64,000 nucleotides of DNA. It comes from Candidatus Chisholmbacteria bacterium. Lineage in GTDB: Bacteria; Patescibacteriota; Microgenomatia; UBA1400; Chisholmbacteraceae. The DNA is taken from positions 643,438 to 707,437 of the forward strand of contig CAVPHZ010000001.1 in assembly GCA_963704905.1 (NCBI GenBank), read 5' to 3'. This document shows positions 18,786 through 29,480 of the stretch, piece after piece. Under the pieces are notes generated by a model. It was given only the letters and a program-made list of their open reading frames with translations. It was not told the DNA's origin and ran no database searches. The translations under genes were made by a program, and so were the position numbers. Each line of letters begins with the position of its first letter. Within the stretch, counting starts at the first letter, position 1.

Positions 18786-19902
18786 TGAGAATAGATTCGA
18801 ATATTGTTATATATGCTTGAGCAGTCTTTTGCCAATTGAATTGTGTTTCTGCTCGATGCTTGGCTGCTTTTCCAAAACTTATTAATAGGTCCTTTTTGTG
18901 AATGAGTCTCATGATGTGGGTTTTGAGCTGATCGGTGTTTTTTGCTACCAATCCAGTTTTGTTATGTTCGATTATCTCTCTGGCTGCACAGTAATCTAGT
19001 GCTAACGCAGGTTTTCCATAAAGAGCTGCTTCGAGGATTGGCATGCCGAAAAATATATATTGATCGCAGGTGATGTAGAGATCACACTTCTTGTAAAGAT
19101 TGGAAAGCTCTTGGTCGGAGATGTTGGGAAGGATTTGTGTGTGATTCGTTTTAATTTCCTTCAGATACTGTAAGTAGTAGGGATTTTGAGAGGATCCTGC
19201 AATTGTGAGATATATTGGTTTTGCTCGTTTCTTCTCAATTTGTTTCACTGCCTCGATTAAGAAATGGAAGCCTTTGTAGGGAGTAATGCGGCTGATTGAG
19301 AGGAGATGGGGATGTCTATTGGTTTGTTTATTTTTACTTTTATTAAGAACATTTGCGCCAAGATGAATTGTGGGTATGTCATATCCGTACAGCGTATGAG
19401 CTTCTTGTGCCGTGTAGTTTGAGATGGCTACTTGTTTATCAGAGAGCCAAAATTGAAGTTTGTCTGAGAAGAGGATAAGCGCATTCCCAAATGCGTTTAC
19501 GAAAATGTCTGCAGTAGAATTTTTCTGGCTGGGAAGTTTTTTTTCTAAATAGCCGTTTAATTGAGTGCCGTAGTAGGTTTTTACAATTGGTATACTGGTG
19601 AGTTTGCAGGCGAGAAAGGTCGGAAGGGTTCCGTGGAAGGATATCAAGTCAAAATTTTCTTCTTTAAGGTATGAAATAAGTTTGGGGATGGCAATGAGTT
19701 TTGCGTTGAATGAAGGACTGCTTTTGATCAACTTGATATTTATATTGAGTTTGTTTAGACCATTTTCAAGCTGTCTGTTGCGTTGGAATGTATACGCAAT
19801 TATTGAAATCTTATGGTGATTAGCGAGGTGTTTTGCTAGTTCTATTGGAGCTCGGGAACCGGAGTGGGTGTTGAGAATTTCAGTGACGACGGCGATTTTC
19901 AT
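18775..19902 (-). CDS. GT4-family glycosyltransferase
   Basis: 'FFGMPILEAALYGKPALALD' motif; GT-B architecture. Confidence 0.7.
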   Translation of the reverse strand: MKIAVVTEILNTHSGSRAPIELAKHLANHHKISIIAYTFQRNRQLENGLNKLNINIKLIKSSPSFNAKLIAIPKLISYLKEENFDLISFHGTLPTFLACKLTSIPIVKTYYGTQLNGYLEKKLPSQKNSTADIFVNAFGNALILFSDKLQFWLSDKQVAISNYTAQEAHTLYGYDIPTIHLGANVLNKSKNKQTNRHPHLLSISRITPYKGFHFLIEAVKQIEKKRAKPIYLTIAGSSQNPYYLQYLKEIKTNHTQILPNISDQELSNLYKKCDLYITCDQYIFFGMPILEAALYGKPALALDYCAAREIIEHNKTGLVAKNTDQLKTHIMRLIHKKDLLISFGKAAKHRAETQFNWQKTAQAYITIFESILNEK

Positions 19903-19938
19903 ATTCCCTTAAGAATGTTTTGTTTGTTTTTTCTTGCT

Positions 19939-20826
19939 TTACGAGTAGATTGCAGGTTTTGGAAATTCCAAATTAATGCGTTGATTTGAGCTTTCAAGAG
20001 TGTCCAGGTGTTTTGTGGACCGGTTGTGAGAAGGCGATACATCGGTACAAGTATGAATTGGACAGGGAAATAGGTAAGCATTTGGAGTGGGGCTGCGTTT
20101 TTTTAGAACGCAACGGAAGCGACCGCGGAAGTGATTGAAGATTGAAGAATAGTTTTCACCAGCCATTTTTCCAGTTCTTCGAAACCCATGATGAATAACA
20201 GCTTTGGGTGTGTACATGATTTTGTAGCCAACTTGTTTGATTGTGAGTGAGAGATCGTAATCTTCACCAGCAAAGAAATACCCCTCGTCAAAGTAACCGG
20301 CTTTTTGTAGTGCTTCTTTTTTCATCATCATTCCAGGACCGGAGAACCAATCTGATTCTCTGATTTGATCTTCATTTGAAGTATCGTAAGGTTGGTAACC
20401 GAGCCAAGGATTGAGACGGAAGCCAGGCCAGGCTGAAGTGTCCTTTGGTTTTAGATAGAGCAGTTTGCCACTTACCATGCCGATTGATGGATCTGAGATT
20501 AAGAGCTTAACTAACTCTTCGATGCAGGTTCTATTGAATGTAGCGTCGTCGTTGGTAATAAAGATTAGTCTACCTTTGGCTTTTTTGGCTGCAATGTTGA
20601 GAGCAGGAGCGAAACCGAGGTTGTGTTTTTTTCTTATGATATCGGCATTAGGGTAGTGCTTTTTAATACTTTGCACAGTTTTATCTGAAGATCCATTGTC
20701 GACGATAATAACTTCAATCTTGTTTTTTGGATATGTTTGTTGCTTTAGTGAATCAAAGAAATCTGGGAGGAGTTTGGCACTATTGAGTGTTGGAAAAATG
20801 ACTGATATCAATGGCTTCTTGTTCAT
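19939..20826 (-). CDS. Family 2 glycosyltransferase
   Basis: 'LISVIFPTLNSAKLL...IIVDNGSSDKT...FITNDDATF' GT2 signature. Confidence 0.8.
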   Translation of the reverse strand: MNKKPLISVIFPTLNSAKLLPDFFDSLKQQTYPKNKIEVIIVDNGSSDKTVQSIKKHYPNADIIRKKHNLGFAPALNIAAKKAKGRLIFITNDDATFNRTCIEELVKLLISDPSIGMVSGKLLYLKPKDTSAWPGFRLNPWLGYQPYDTSNEDQIRESDWFSGPGMMMKKEALQKAGYFDEGYFFAGEDYDLSLTIKQVGYKIMYTPKAVIHHGFRRTGKMAGENYSSIFNHFRGRFRCVLKKRSPTPNAYLFPCPIHTCTDVSPSHNRSTKHLDTLESSNQRINLEFPKPAIYS

Positions 20827-20866
20827 GTGACTTATGTTGTCACTTTACTGGAGATGATAGTTGGAA

Positions 20867-21649
20867 TCAAGAATTCGGAATTACTTGAATTGCGTGTTTT
20901 ACCATGAAGCGGAGTTTGGATTTATACCAAATGAGATATTTTTTCCAAGAGGGAAAGGCATCAAAGGATTGGCTTTGGCCATGGTAGAAGATAATTGTTG
21001 GATCGTATACAACATTCCATCCAGCTTTTTTTGCTCTCAGGCAAAGGTCAGCATCTTCGAAATAGATTGGGAAAAACTTTTCATCAAAAAGACCGATTTT
21101 ATCGAGGACTTTTTTACTTATCATCATGGCTCCACCATCAACCCAAAGTGGATTTTTTTCAATGTCTGGTGAGCGTGGGTCATCTTTAACTAGTCCAAGT
21201 AAAAAGTTGAAGTCGTGTCCATGAGAAGCAATTATTATTGGTTTATCTTTGAAATATATTTTTCCTCCAAGAATACCAATGTTTTTTCTGTTTTCCATTT
21301 TACTTACCATTTTCTTGATACTATTGGGTGTTACTATTAAATCTTCATTGCCGACGAAAATGTATTTTCCGTTACTCTTTGTTATCCCTAGATTTACAGC
21401 TTTGGCAAAGCCAAGGTTCTTTTTAGGAGAAATGAAAATAACTTCAGGAAACTTATTTTGAGTTTGTTTGGGTAAGGCATGAGAGTTGTTAAAGATGATA
21501 ATGATTTCAAGCTTTTCTTTTGGATAGTTCAATTTCTTTATTGACTCGTAAAATTCTTTAAAGTCCTTGCTCACTTTCATGATCGGACTGATAAGGGTTA
21601 CTTTTGGGAGATTAGATGAGTTGGTCTTTCCAAGTGGCGGGTGTTTCAT
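20867..21649 (-). CDS. Family 2 glycosyltransferase
   Basis: 'VTLISPIMKVSKDFKEFYESI...IIIIFNNS...FVGNEDLIV' GT-A layout and 'YFEDADLCLR' motif. Confidence 0.7.
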   Translation of the reverse strand: MKHPPLGKTNSSNLPKVTLISPIMKVSKDFKEFYESIKKLNYPKEKLEIIIIFNNSHALPKQTQNKFPEVIFISPKKNLGFAKAVNLGITKSNGKYIFVGNEDLIVTPNSIKKMVSKMENRKNIGILGGKIYFKDKPIIIASHGHDFNFLLGLVKDDPRSPDIEKNPLWVDGGAMMISKKVLDKIGLFDEKFFPIYFEDADLCLRAKKAGWNVVYDPTIIFYHGQSQSFDAFPSWKKYLIWYKSKLRFMVKHAIQVIPNS

Positions 21650-22634
21650 TGGTTTCGAGTTCTAGCTCTTTTAGGTATTTAAATTTCTGTGGTCCTAACG
21701 TTTTTGCCCATTCTACAGTCCTTTTGATACCTTCTTTTAAGCTGACTTCTGGTTTGAAACCAAGAAGTTTTCTGGATTTCTTATCGGTACAATACGCGTT
21801 TTTTACTTCCAGAGGTCGGTCTGGTCCGTGAATTGGCTTGAGATGATCGTGGATAGTTTCACCTCTAGTGAAGTGTGTGAGCACCTCATTTGAAATGTGG
21901 TTGATCGTGTGTTCTTCTCTTGGTCCGATGTTGATTATTTCTCCATTGGTTCGACGAAGAATTCCTGCTTTGGCGATGTAGGGAGTGACATCAGTGATGT
22001 AGCTAAAGGCTCGTTTTTGTTTTCCGTCACCGTAGATGTAGGGTGGTTTTTCTTGGAGTATACGATTAATAAAGATGGCAATGACATTTCTATACGGATC
22101 GTCCATTCTCTGGCGTGGTCCATAGACATTGTGAGGGCGAATGATGGTGAATTCAATCCCGTAGACTTGTGAAAACACTTTGGTCGCATGTTCCATGGCA
22201 GCTTTGGCGATGCCATAGATATCAACGGGTTTGGGTGGAAGACCTTCATGGAAGGGTGGTTCTTGGTTTCCATACACACTCATTGAAGAGGTTATGACAA
22301 CACGCTTGGTCTTGGCTTTAACAGCACCAACTAAGAGGTTGAGGGTGGCGATGTAATTTCGCTGCGTACAGGAGATAGGAGTAAATTGGCTGCGGCCTTC
22401 GGTCGCGTCTGCAGCCAGATGGTAGATGATTTCTGGTTTGTACTTGTTGATGGCTGAAATGGTTTTGTTTTTGTTTCGAAGATCGATCTTTTCAAAGGTG
22501 CTCTTTTTGTTGATGTTGATTTTGAAGCCACCTGAAAGATCGTCGATGCCAATGACTTGGTGATCGTTATTGATGAGATGGTCAACTAAGTGGCTGCCTA
22601 TGAAACCGGCTGCGCCTGTGACAAGGATTTTCAT
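21612..22634 (-). CDS. NAD-dependent sugar epimerase/dehydratase (extended SDR; UDP-sugar 4-epimerase or 4,6-dehydratase-like)
   Basis: Rossmann 'MKILVTGAAGFIGSHLVDHL', catalytic 'SMSVYG...YGIAKAAMEH' (S...YxxxK). Confidence 0.8.
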   Translation of the reverse strand: MKILVTGAAGFIGSHLVDHLINNDHQVIGIDDLSGGFKININKKSTFEKIDLRNKNKTISAINKYKPEIIYHLAADATEGRSQFTPISCTQRNYIATLNLLVGAVKAKTKRVVITSSMSVYGNQEPPFHEGLPPKPVDIYGIAKAAMEHATKVFSQVYGIEFTIIRPHNVYGPRQRMDDPYRNVIAIFINRILQEKPPYIYGDGKQKRAFSYITDVTPYIAKAGILRRTNGEIINIGPREEHTINHISNEVLTHFTRGETIHDHLKPIHGPDRPLEVKNAYCTDKKSRKLLGFKPEVSLKEGIKRTVEWAKTLGPQKFKYLKELELETNETPATWKDQLI

Positions 22635-22661
22635 ATTACTACTTTTGACTATAGCACAGGT

Positions 22662-23501
22662 TTATTTGTGGCAGATTGCGTGGATGTTTCCACCAAGGAG
22701 GTAGAGTAGGGTAGTGACTAATCCTGATGAAGATAGCCAACCAGAATTTGAAGAATTTGATTTTTTCAATATAGCAGTTGGGCCGAAAGGGAAGACAGTG
22801 AGCGTTGCTTCAACTTTTTTGAATTTGTTTAGAGCGTTTTCCCAAGCGGGAAGGTCAAAGCTGGTTTCGATGATGCCAGCATCGGTCTCTGATTTTCCGA
22901 TTTCTGATATGAAATGAAGGAGGCCGATCCATTTCAATGGTTTTTCCCACCAGCGGAGTTTGGTGGGGCGACGCCAGAGTTTGAGGTTGAATTTTTGCAT
23001 GACCGGTTCCTCGTTAAAGAAAAATACCCCTTTTGGTTTTAGTACTCGATATGCCTCTTCTATGATTGGCTCTGGATCGGGAAAATGATGAAGGGTTTGG
23101 TAGATGAAGACGAGTTCGAACGAGTTGGACTTAAACGGCAGTTTATATGCATCGGCACTGATCGGTTGAGGAATTTTATTCAGTTTTAGGGTAGATTTTA
23201 TTTCTCTGGATTGTTTGAGGCTTTCGTATGAAAGATCGAGCATGATGCCTTGTTCGCCGAATTCTGATGAGAGAAGCATGGCTCGTTGGCCTCGCTCGGC
23301 TCCAATTTCAAGAAATGGTGATAAGTCCCGATCCTGTCGTTGGAGCTCTTGAAAGTCAAGACGAGTTTTGTTGTTTCGATTTCGTAGTTCCTGAACAAGT
23401 TCTACCTTAGTTGGTTCAGCGTCTTCATACCCGCCTTGGTTGAGGTTTTTACGATAGGTGATTTCGGCCTGTTTTTGTTCCGGTGTCTGATATCTGGTCA
23501 T
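22662..23501 (-). CDS. SAM-dependent methyltransferase (type 11-like). The ORF extends to 23594 but overlaps the upstream gene, so the start is placed at Met 23501 (MTRYQ...).
   Basis: 'FLEIGAERGQRAMLL' motif I variant, 'FELVFIYQTLHHF', 'RVLKPKGVFFF'. Confidence 0.55.
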   Translation of the reverse strand: MTRYQTPEQKQAEITYRKNLNQGGYEDAEPTKVELVQELRNRNNKTRLDFQELQRQDRDLSPFLEIGAERGQRAMLLSSEFGEQGIMLDLSYESLKQSREIKSTLKLNKIPQPISADAYKLPFKSNSFELVFIYQTLHHFPDPEPIIEEAYRVLKPKGVFFFNEEPVMQKFNLKLWRRPTKLRWWEKPLKWIGLLHFISEIGKSETDAGIIETSFDLPAWENALNKFKKVEATLTVFPFGPTAILKKSNSSNSGWLSSSGLVTTLLYLLGGNIHAICHK

Positions 23502-24286
23502 TTTCTTCGCGAGATGATGAAATAGGCACTGGGTGGGTTTAACGATTGCGGAAGAAATGGCAGAAACAGACGAAGATTGGTGGGATATGTCCAAAATCCG
23601 TGGAAAATTATTTTAAGATTCGCTCGATCATACATTGTCTTTATTTCTTTGAAATAAAAGGGCATTTCGATAGGCTGCTGCTTGATGTTTTTGAGTTTAG
23701 CTGCTAATTTTCTGAGCTGGCGGGCAAATGGAAATGGAAGCTCACGGTGGATGGTTTGGACTTGCATTGGGGCGATGCGGGCCATTTCGTGGAGGGCTTT
23801 TTGTGGATCAGCGAAATGCTCAAAGCTACCAGCACAGAGAGCAATGTCGAAGTGATCATCGGGGAAAGGGAGATATTCGGCGGCACAGCAGACAAGATGT
23901 TTTGCTCCGTTCTTTTTAGCCTTGAGGAGGGCATTAAAAGAGAAATCTGATCCAAGTGTGGTTGGTGAGAGATGCTCAATCCAGCCTTCTCCGCAAGCAA
24001 TATCCAACGTTTTGTTCCCACGAGCAATTGCAGCGAGTGCTTCGTATGAACCGTCATCGACTTTCAGCCAGTCATCTTCATAGAGTCGGTCGTATCCGTC
24101 CAGGCTGGTTTTTAGAAGTTTGTCTCTGAGTGCTTTTTGTGGAAGGAGGATAGGGATACCCATTTTAATGGGGTAAGATTCTTTGCAATTAGTACAGACG
24201 AGTTTTGAATTGTTCTTTTTGAGTGGCGTGTGGCAGTTGGGACAGACAAGCATGTGTATTGAAGCGTCGTTTTTTTTGGTTACCAT
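23498..24286 (-). CDS. SAM-dependent methyltransferase with N-terminal Trm112-like zinc-ribbon
   Basis: 'CPNCHTPLKK...CTNCKESYPIKMGIPILLP' (CxxC...CxxC) followed by 'LDIACGEGW' motif I and 'FDIALCAGSFEHF'. Confidence 0.6.
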   Translation of the reverse strand: MVTKKNDASIHMLVCPNCHTPLKKNNSKLVCTNCKESYPIKMGIPILLPQKALRDKLLKTSLDGYDRLYEDDWLKVDDGSYEALAAIARGNKTLDIACGEGWIEHLSPTTLGSDFSFNALLKAKKNGAKHLVCCAAEYLPFPDDHFDIALCAGSFEHFADPQKALHEMARIAPMQVQTIHRELPFPFARQLRKLAAKLKNIKQQPIEMPFYFKEIKTMYDRANLKIIFHGFWTYPTNLRLFLPFLPQSLNPPSAYFIISRRK

Positions 24287-24314
24287 GACTACTTTAGTTT
24301 ATCAGAGTTGGAAT

Positions 24315-27122
24315 CTAGTATTCGTTTGACCACCAGTTTCGCATCGGATTTGAGACTCTTTTTTTCAATAGTTTTCTGAAAGGTTCAAGAGGTTTAGTGG
24401 TAAAGCTGAGGGTAATAGTAATGATGATTGTGAGTAGACTCATAGTCGGCAACCCCCAAGTTGTGAGGTTACCTCTAAATCTGAGATCGACTTCTATCGA
24501 ACTTTGCCAAAGGTCTTTTGGAATTGGAATGTACATGAAGCCAAAACTTGCTTTAAGAATTGGAGCTTTGGATCCATTTACCGTTGCCTTCCAGCCTGGA
24601 TGGTAATTTTCTTTAAACATGATACCGGTAGCGTTGGTGGTTCTGATATTGACTGTTGAGGGGTTTGGACGCTCTACGAGGAAATCTCCGGTGGTGATGT
24701 CTGTCTGTGCCACATCTTCCATGATGTTGGCAAGAAGTTCTACCTCTTCAAAGTTGTTGTAACTGATAATGTGGTAGGGCAAGTTGAAGCCCGAGAAGAT
24801 AATTTTACCTTCACCGATAGTACCTTCTGAGAGAATTGGACGGTTGTTTTGCAGAAGCACTGGAGTGACCCATTCTTCAAGCTGTGTTTGGCTAGAAGGG
24901 GCTACGATTTTCCAGGCATCTTGTCCGTAGCGAAGCGGAGCAAATTGGGATTTGTTTATGCCTTGGATTAGCGGTGAGTTCAGCTCTTTGAGCTGCCATT
25001 CTGATTCTTCATCGTACAGCTCAAGCGATTCTATTCCAGGAACTTGCGGTATATTTGTGCCATATTTTTCTACAGCTCCAATATCTACATACACAAGTCC
25101 ACCATTTTCGATGAATGTTTCTATGGTTTGCCACTCGGATCCGGTGAATTGATATAACACCAATGCGTCGACTTGGTTGAGGAGCTGTTGATTTAGATCA
25201 TTTATTGATTCAGGTCCTTTGATGAGGATGAGATTTTTTAAGGCTGGATAAGTAAATGAAAATGCCCGTAACAAGGTGTCGTAGCCAGATCGGTCTGTGA
25301 CGGTGAGGACACGACCTGCATTGGTTGGGGTGATTATTGGGGAAGTGTACTCTCTGCTCAGCTCGGAAAATGTCCAATTCTTGAGTTTTTCATCCTTTGC
25401 AATTAGACCTCTCATCCCAATGATATCGGAGTCGTATCCCACGAGATCTGCACCTACCGATTCTGATGACTCATGGATGTAGCCGATCCCATATGCTTCC
25501 AGAAGTGAGAGACCTCGATTTTTTCTCAGCCTTTCGGGAGTTTGGTCGTCAGGAGTGGGAGTGAGCAGGGACTTTTGGAAGAAAAAGAGCCAGTCTTGAC
25601 CGGATTCTGGAGGAAGGTTGGCGTACCCCCTTATTGAGGGGGTATTTGAATACGCATTCCACCAGATATAAAAATTGGGACGAATGCTTTCAACACGCCA
25701 GTTATGATCATTTACAGGCATCCAATTGGGAATGACTTCTGAGGTTGGAGACTCTTGATATTTTTCAATAATATATTTTTCAAGCCCGGCTGGAATTGTG
25801 GCGGAGATGGGAGTGACTCGAGTAATGTCAAAGCGAAGCGTGTTTGAAACGATTGGTAGCGAAAGCGCGATGAGAATGACAAAGACAGAGCTAGTCATGG
25901 TTGCGATTTTTTCGTCCAAGGATTTAATTCTTCCAAAAGCCGTTGCTGCTAGGGTGAGAATAGATAGACTCAGAGCCCAAAACATTTGTTGAGGGGCAAA
26001 TTCTCCTGAAATGTTGTTGATAAGCTTGAGTTTTGCGAGCATCACGAAGGTTACCAGCCATACGATTATGATCGTTAGACTTTTTAGTTGACTTGGTGTT
26101 GAAGTGCGTTTTTTCCAGATGAGATAGATCAATGGCAATAGGAATGTTGCAACTGGAATAAGCATTGTGAGGCTAAACCAGCGAAGGTCTTCCGGGTAGT
26201 TACCCCAGCAAAGAAGATTGTTACATGGACCAGCAGTTGTGCCTGCGATTTGGCCGTTTATTAATTGAAATGAGACTGGTAGCGAGGCTAGTATGGCAAT
26301 ACCTAAAAACAAGACAATCTGACTAGCCTTTGTTTTGAATGGCTGTTTGTCTGAGAAAAAGAGAAATATGAGTACCGGTATGATAATGGTTATGATGGCA
26401 GAGATTGGATGGAGGAGGAGAGCAGCTGCAGCAAGTAGTGCAGCGGTAGTGAGATAGCCATGCTTTCGACGAAATGAGAATTTACTGATGAGTAGGAGGA
26501 TGATTGGAAGTAGCAGAGCGACACTTGAAATAGGAATTGTTCCCTTGACAACGACGTTGAAGTAGGTAGCAGGAGTGATAAGCAGAATGAAGGTGAATAT
26601 GAGAGCAACGAGAATGCTTCTACTCTTTTCAAAAAAGAGGATGATCGCACTTATTAGATAGAAAAGGATCATCAGCATTGCAGCAAGTTGCAGGCTGGTG
26701 ACAGTGTCGAGAAAATGGGTAAGTGGTGAAATGAGATAGTAGAAGAGTGTGGGGTAGCCACCAATTACTGGCACACCTTCATTCCAGAATGACATCCAGC
26801 CGGTTGGAGGAAATGGTTTTTGTTGGGAGATGAATTTGAACAGTGTTAGGTCGTTGAGGAACAAGCCGCCGAAGACCTGGTTTGCTTCAAGGTAGGGTTT
26901 GGCAATTCTAATGTACCAGATGACAGTGATGAGGATTGCTGAGCATGCCAGAAGTACTAGGTTGAAACCTTCTTTGGCGAGTGATGCGAGTAATTTTTTT
27001 TTAAATTCAGTTTCGGATTGTTGCTCAACTTGTTTTGTAACAGCAAGTTTTGAAACAAAGGTTCTGGTACGTTGTCTTCGATTGAATGATCTTCGCTTCG
27101 TCATACTTTTGTTGTTTTCCAT
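24315..27122 (-). CDS. Giant GT-C-like polytopic membrane protein, third paralog of the 7245/11233 family
   Basis: Acidic first-loop 'FLNDLTLF', 'NFYIWWNAYSNTPSIRGYANLPP', 'VDALVLYQFTGSEWQTIETFIENGGLVYVDIGA', 'FKENYHPGWKATVNGS'. Confidence 0.6.
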   Translation of the reverse strand: MENNKSMTKRRSFNRRQRTRTFVSKLAVTKQVEQQSETEFKKKLLASLAKEGFNLVLLACSAILITVIWYIRIAKPYLEANQVFGGLFLNDLTLFKFISQQKPFPPTGWMSFWNEGVPVIGGYPTLFYYLISPLTHFLDTVTSLQLAAMLMILFYLISAIILFFEKSRSILVALIFTFILLITPATYFNVVVKGTIPISSVALLLPIILLLISKFSFRRKHGYLTTAALLAAAALLLHPISAIITIIIPVLIFLFFSDKQPFKTKASQIVLFLGIAILASLPVSFQLINGQIAGTTAGPCNNLLCWGNYPEDLRWFSLTMLIPVATFLLPLIYLIWKKRTSTPSQLKSLTIIIVWLVTFVMLAKLKLINNISGEFAPQQMFWALSLSILTLAATAFGRIKSLDEKIATMTSSVFVILIALSLPIVSNTLRFDITRVTPISATIPAGLEKYIIEKYQESPTSEVIPNWMPVNDHNWRVESIRPNFYIWWNAYSNTPSIRGYANLPPESGQDWLFFFQKSLLTPTPDDQTPERLRKNRGLSLLEAYGIGYIHESSESVGADLVGYDSDIIGMRGLIAKDEKLKNWTFSELSREYTSPIITPTNAGRVLTVTDRSGYDTLLRAFSFTYPALKNLILIKGPESINDLNQQLLNQVDALVLYQFTGSEWQTIETFIENGGLVYVDIGAVEKYGTNIPQVPGIESLELYDEESEWQLKELNSPLIQGINKSQFAPLRYGQDAWKIVAPSSQTQLEEWVTPVLLQNNRPILSEGTIGEGKIIFSGFNLPYHIISYNNFEEVELLANIMEDVAQTDITTGDFLVERPNPSTVNIRTTNATGIMFKENYHPGWKATVNGSKAPILKASFGFMYIPIPKDLWQSSIEVDLRFRGNLTTWGLPTMSLLTIIITITLSFTTKPLEPFRKLLKKRVSNPMRNWWSNEY

Positions 27123-27907
27123 TTAATGACTAGAAGCAACTTCACAGTGAGAAAAGCAACAGTATGGAGTGGTTGGCGCATTAGCTTTAACTTGTGTTTC
27201 CATAAAGGTGCCAATCGGTGTATGAAATTTGACTGCAGGTTAAATACCCTTGGGTGTTTGTCAGCGTACATTTTGATATGTTGGGTGTAGTACCACTTGC
27301 GACTGATATTTTTTTGCAATCCTACGGGCTCGTGATGAAGGAGATGTTGTTTAGATCTCGTGATCGATGCTTTGTCGTTTTGAAGACGGAGACATAAGTC
27401 CCAGTCTTCACCGGCGATGAGGTTTTCATCGAATCCGTCAAGTTTTTTGAAAACGGTTTTTTTTATGAGACGGGGAGATTCTATGAGTGGATCGCCTTGA
27501 TAGCAGTTGCGCTCCAAGGCTATGGATTTTCCCCAGAAATCATGACCAATTGCTTGCTCTGGAATGATCACTGCATCACTATTTATTTCGGCTAGCTTCT
27601 CAAGTTCATGCAATAGTTTATGCGGGAGTTCCATGTCTGCATCCAAAAACAGGAGATATTTGCCTTTGGCTTTGGCTGCCCCTTGGTTTTTTTGTGTTGA
27701 GCGTTCGGGACCGAGGTTGACTATAGAATATGGAATATTGAATTTTGCATGTTTAATAAGTTTCGTTGCCTCTGAAACTGTTTTGTCAGTTGAGAAGTTA
27801 TCTACGATGATGATTTCTTCGGGGAGCACTGAACTTTTGAGGATACTTTTGAGAAGGCGGGGAAGATTCTGTTGCTCGTTTTTGGTGTTGATGATGATGG
27901 AAATCAT
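27101..27907 (-). CDS. Family 2 glycosyltransferase
   Basis: 'MISIIINTKNEQQNLPRLL...IIVDNFSTDKT...FLDADMELP' GT2 signature. Confidence 0.75.
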   Translation of the reverse strand: MISIIINTKNEQQNLPRLLKSILKSSVLPEEIIIVDNFSTDKTVSEATKLIKHAKFNIPYSIVNLGPERSTQKNQGAAKAKGKYLLFLDADMELPHKLLHELEKLAEINSDAVIIPEQAIGHDFWGKSIALERNCYQGDPLIESPRLIKKTVFKKLDGFDENLIAGEDWDLCLRLQNDKASITRSKQHLLHHEPVGLQKNISRKWYYTQHIKMYADKHPRVFNLQSNFIHRLAPLWKHKLKLMRQPLHTVAFLTVKLLLVIKWKTTKV

Positions 27908-27932
27908 GTGAATTACAGTTAATTGCCAGTGA

Positions 27933-29060
27933 TCAGTGATCAGCAGTTTTATTTATTGCATTTAGAAACTCATCCGTGGTTCGGCTCCATGTGAATTGGG
28001 TGGCATAGGTTATGGCATTGTTGCTCAACCTGGCCCGTAATTTTGGATTGTCAATAAGTTTATTCATCAGACTGGCTACTGATTGAGGTTTATTTTGCTT
28101 AGAGAGCAAACCGGTTCGATTATTTTGAATCGAATCCACTATTCCTGTGACTACATAGGCAATTGATGGGGTGCCGAGGCTGGCGGCTTCGATGATGTTT
28201 AATCCCCAACCTTCTTTTACTGAAGTAGAGAGGATTGCCCAAGAGGAGGCGAGCAGTCTGCGTTTGTCTTCCTCGCTCACAAAGCCGTGAATTTGGACGT
28301 TGTTGTTGAGGTTGAGCTGATTGATTTTATCTTGTAGAAAGCGGATGTAGCTAGGCTTTCCTCGGCCGAGTATGTGCAGTTGGGACTGTGGCGTTTTCTG
28401 TTGAACAATGGCGAAGGCTTTGATGGTTTCTTCGATCCGTTTCATGGGGGTGATTCGACCGAGCGAAATGAACGTTGGGCGTTTCGATTTTGTGTGTGTG
28501 CTTTTTCGTGGGAGAGTAATTCCGGGGGTGATGGTGTGAACATTTTTAACTCCTAGTAATTTAAACTCACTAGCTACTGAGGCTGAGATGACGATAAAGT
28601 GGTGGTTTTGAAATTTGGCTATGTAGGTTCTTTCAAGCATTTTACCGATGAGGTTTCCTGGAAAGGGGACCTCGTAATCCCAGATTTTGTCAGCAAACTC
28701 GAGAGGAAAAAGGATCGTTGGTATGATCGAATAGAGAGGGGTGAAAGAGGGAAGGCCGTGAATTTGATCGACGATGATGTCTGGATTCGGTTCATGAGAA
28801 CGGATAATTTTTCGTACTTCAGATAAGAATAGTGGCCAGCGAAGGTAGCTGGTGAAGTTTGTGGGATAAAAATCTGTAGGACGGATAATACTAACACCAT
28901 TGATTGATTCGCGAGCACTCGCATTCGGATATTTACCGCTGACAATGGTAATTTTGTGACCTCGTTTAACCAACCTTTTGGCAATCTCGTGCGTGAGGAT
29001 TTCCGCTCCACCTGAGAGCGGGTTTTTTATGTCTCGCCATGAGGTAACGAGGATGTGCAT
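27933..29060 (-). CDS. GT4-family glycosyltransferase (start at MHILVTS; ORF extends to 29105)
   Basis: 'EGWGLNIIEAASLGTPSIAY' GT4 motif; GT-B N-domain 'ILVTSWRDIKNPLSGGAE'. Confidence 0.7.
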   Translation of the reverse strand: MHILVTSWRDIKNPLSGGAEILTHEIAKRLVKRGHKITIVSGKYPNASARESINGVSIIRPTDFYPTNFTSYLRWPLFLSEVRKIIRSHEPNPDIIVDQIHGLPSFTPLYSIIPTILFPLEFADKIWDYEVPFPGNLIGKMLERTYIAKFQNHHFIVISASVASEFKLLGVKNVHTITPGITLPRKSTHTKSKRPTFISLGRITPMKRIEETIKAFAIVQQKTPQSQLHILGRGKPSYIRFLQDKINQLNLNNNVQIHGFVSEEDKRRLLASSWAILSTSVKEGWGLNIIEAASLGTPSIAYVVTGIVDSIQNNRTGLLSKQNKPQSVASLMNKLIDNPKLRARLSNNAITYATQFTWSRTTDEFLNAINKTADH

Positions 29061-29110
29061 GGTGGGGCGATTGTAACACGGCTTTTTCTCGTTTGTTATA
29101 ATCAAGTCAT

Positions 29111-29476
29111 ATGGGTGAGGAAGAGAGCATAGGGAAACAAGCTTTTAACTTTCGTTGGGCAACTAATAGTCAGAAAGAGAAATTTGCGTATGTGGACGAT
29201 GAAGCCAGGAGTCTTCGTTTGTTTGTAAAACCTATTCGAGGTCCAGGTGGTAGTGGGGAGTTACAGATTGCACTATTTAGGATAAAGGATGGACACGTGA
29301 TTGATGAGCTTGGAAATGTATTTGAAAAGGGTACAGAAGAGGATGTCGCCGAAGCAGTTGATACCTATATGGCTCGGCTTGGCCAAGTAAAGAAACCTGA
29401 GGATATCTTTGAAGACTCCTATGAAGCTACGCGTCTGTCCTTAAGAAAGATGGCAAAACAATTTGCTGATGAATGA
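29111..29476 (+). CDS. Hypothetical acidic protein (121 aa)
   Basis: Single ORF on the opposite strand inside the glyco island; no motif recognised. Confidence 0.35.
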   Translation: MGEEESIGKQAFNFRWATNSQKEKFAYVDDEARSLRLFVKPIRGPGGSGELQIALFRIKDGHVIDELGNVFEKGTEEDVAEAVDTYMARLGQVKKPEDIFEDSYEATRLSLRKMAKQFADE

Positions 29477-29480
29477 AATG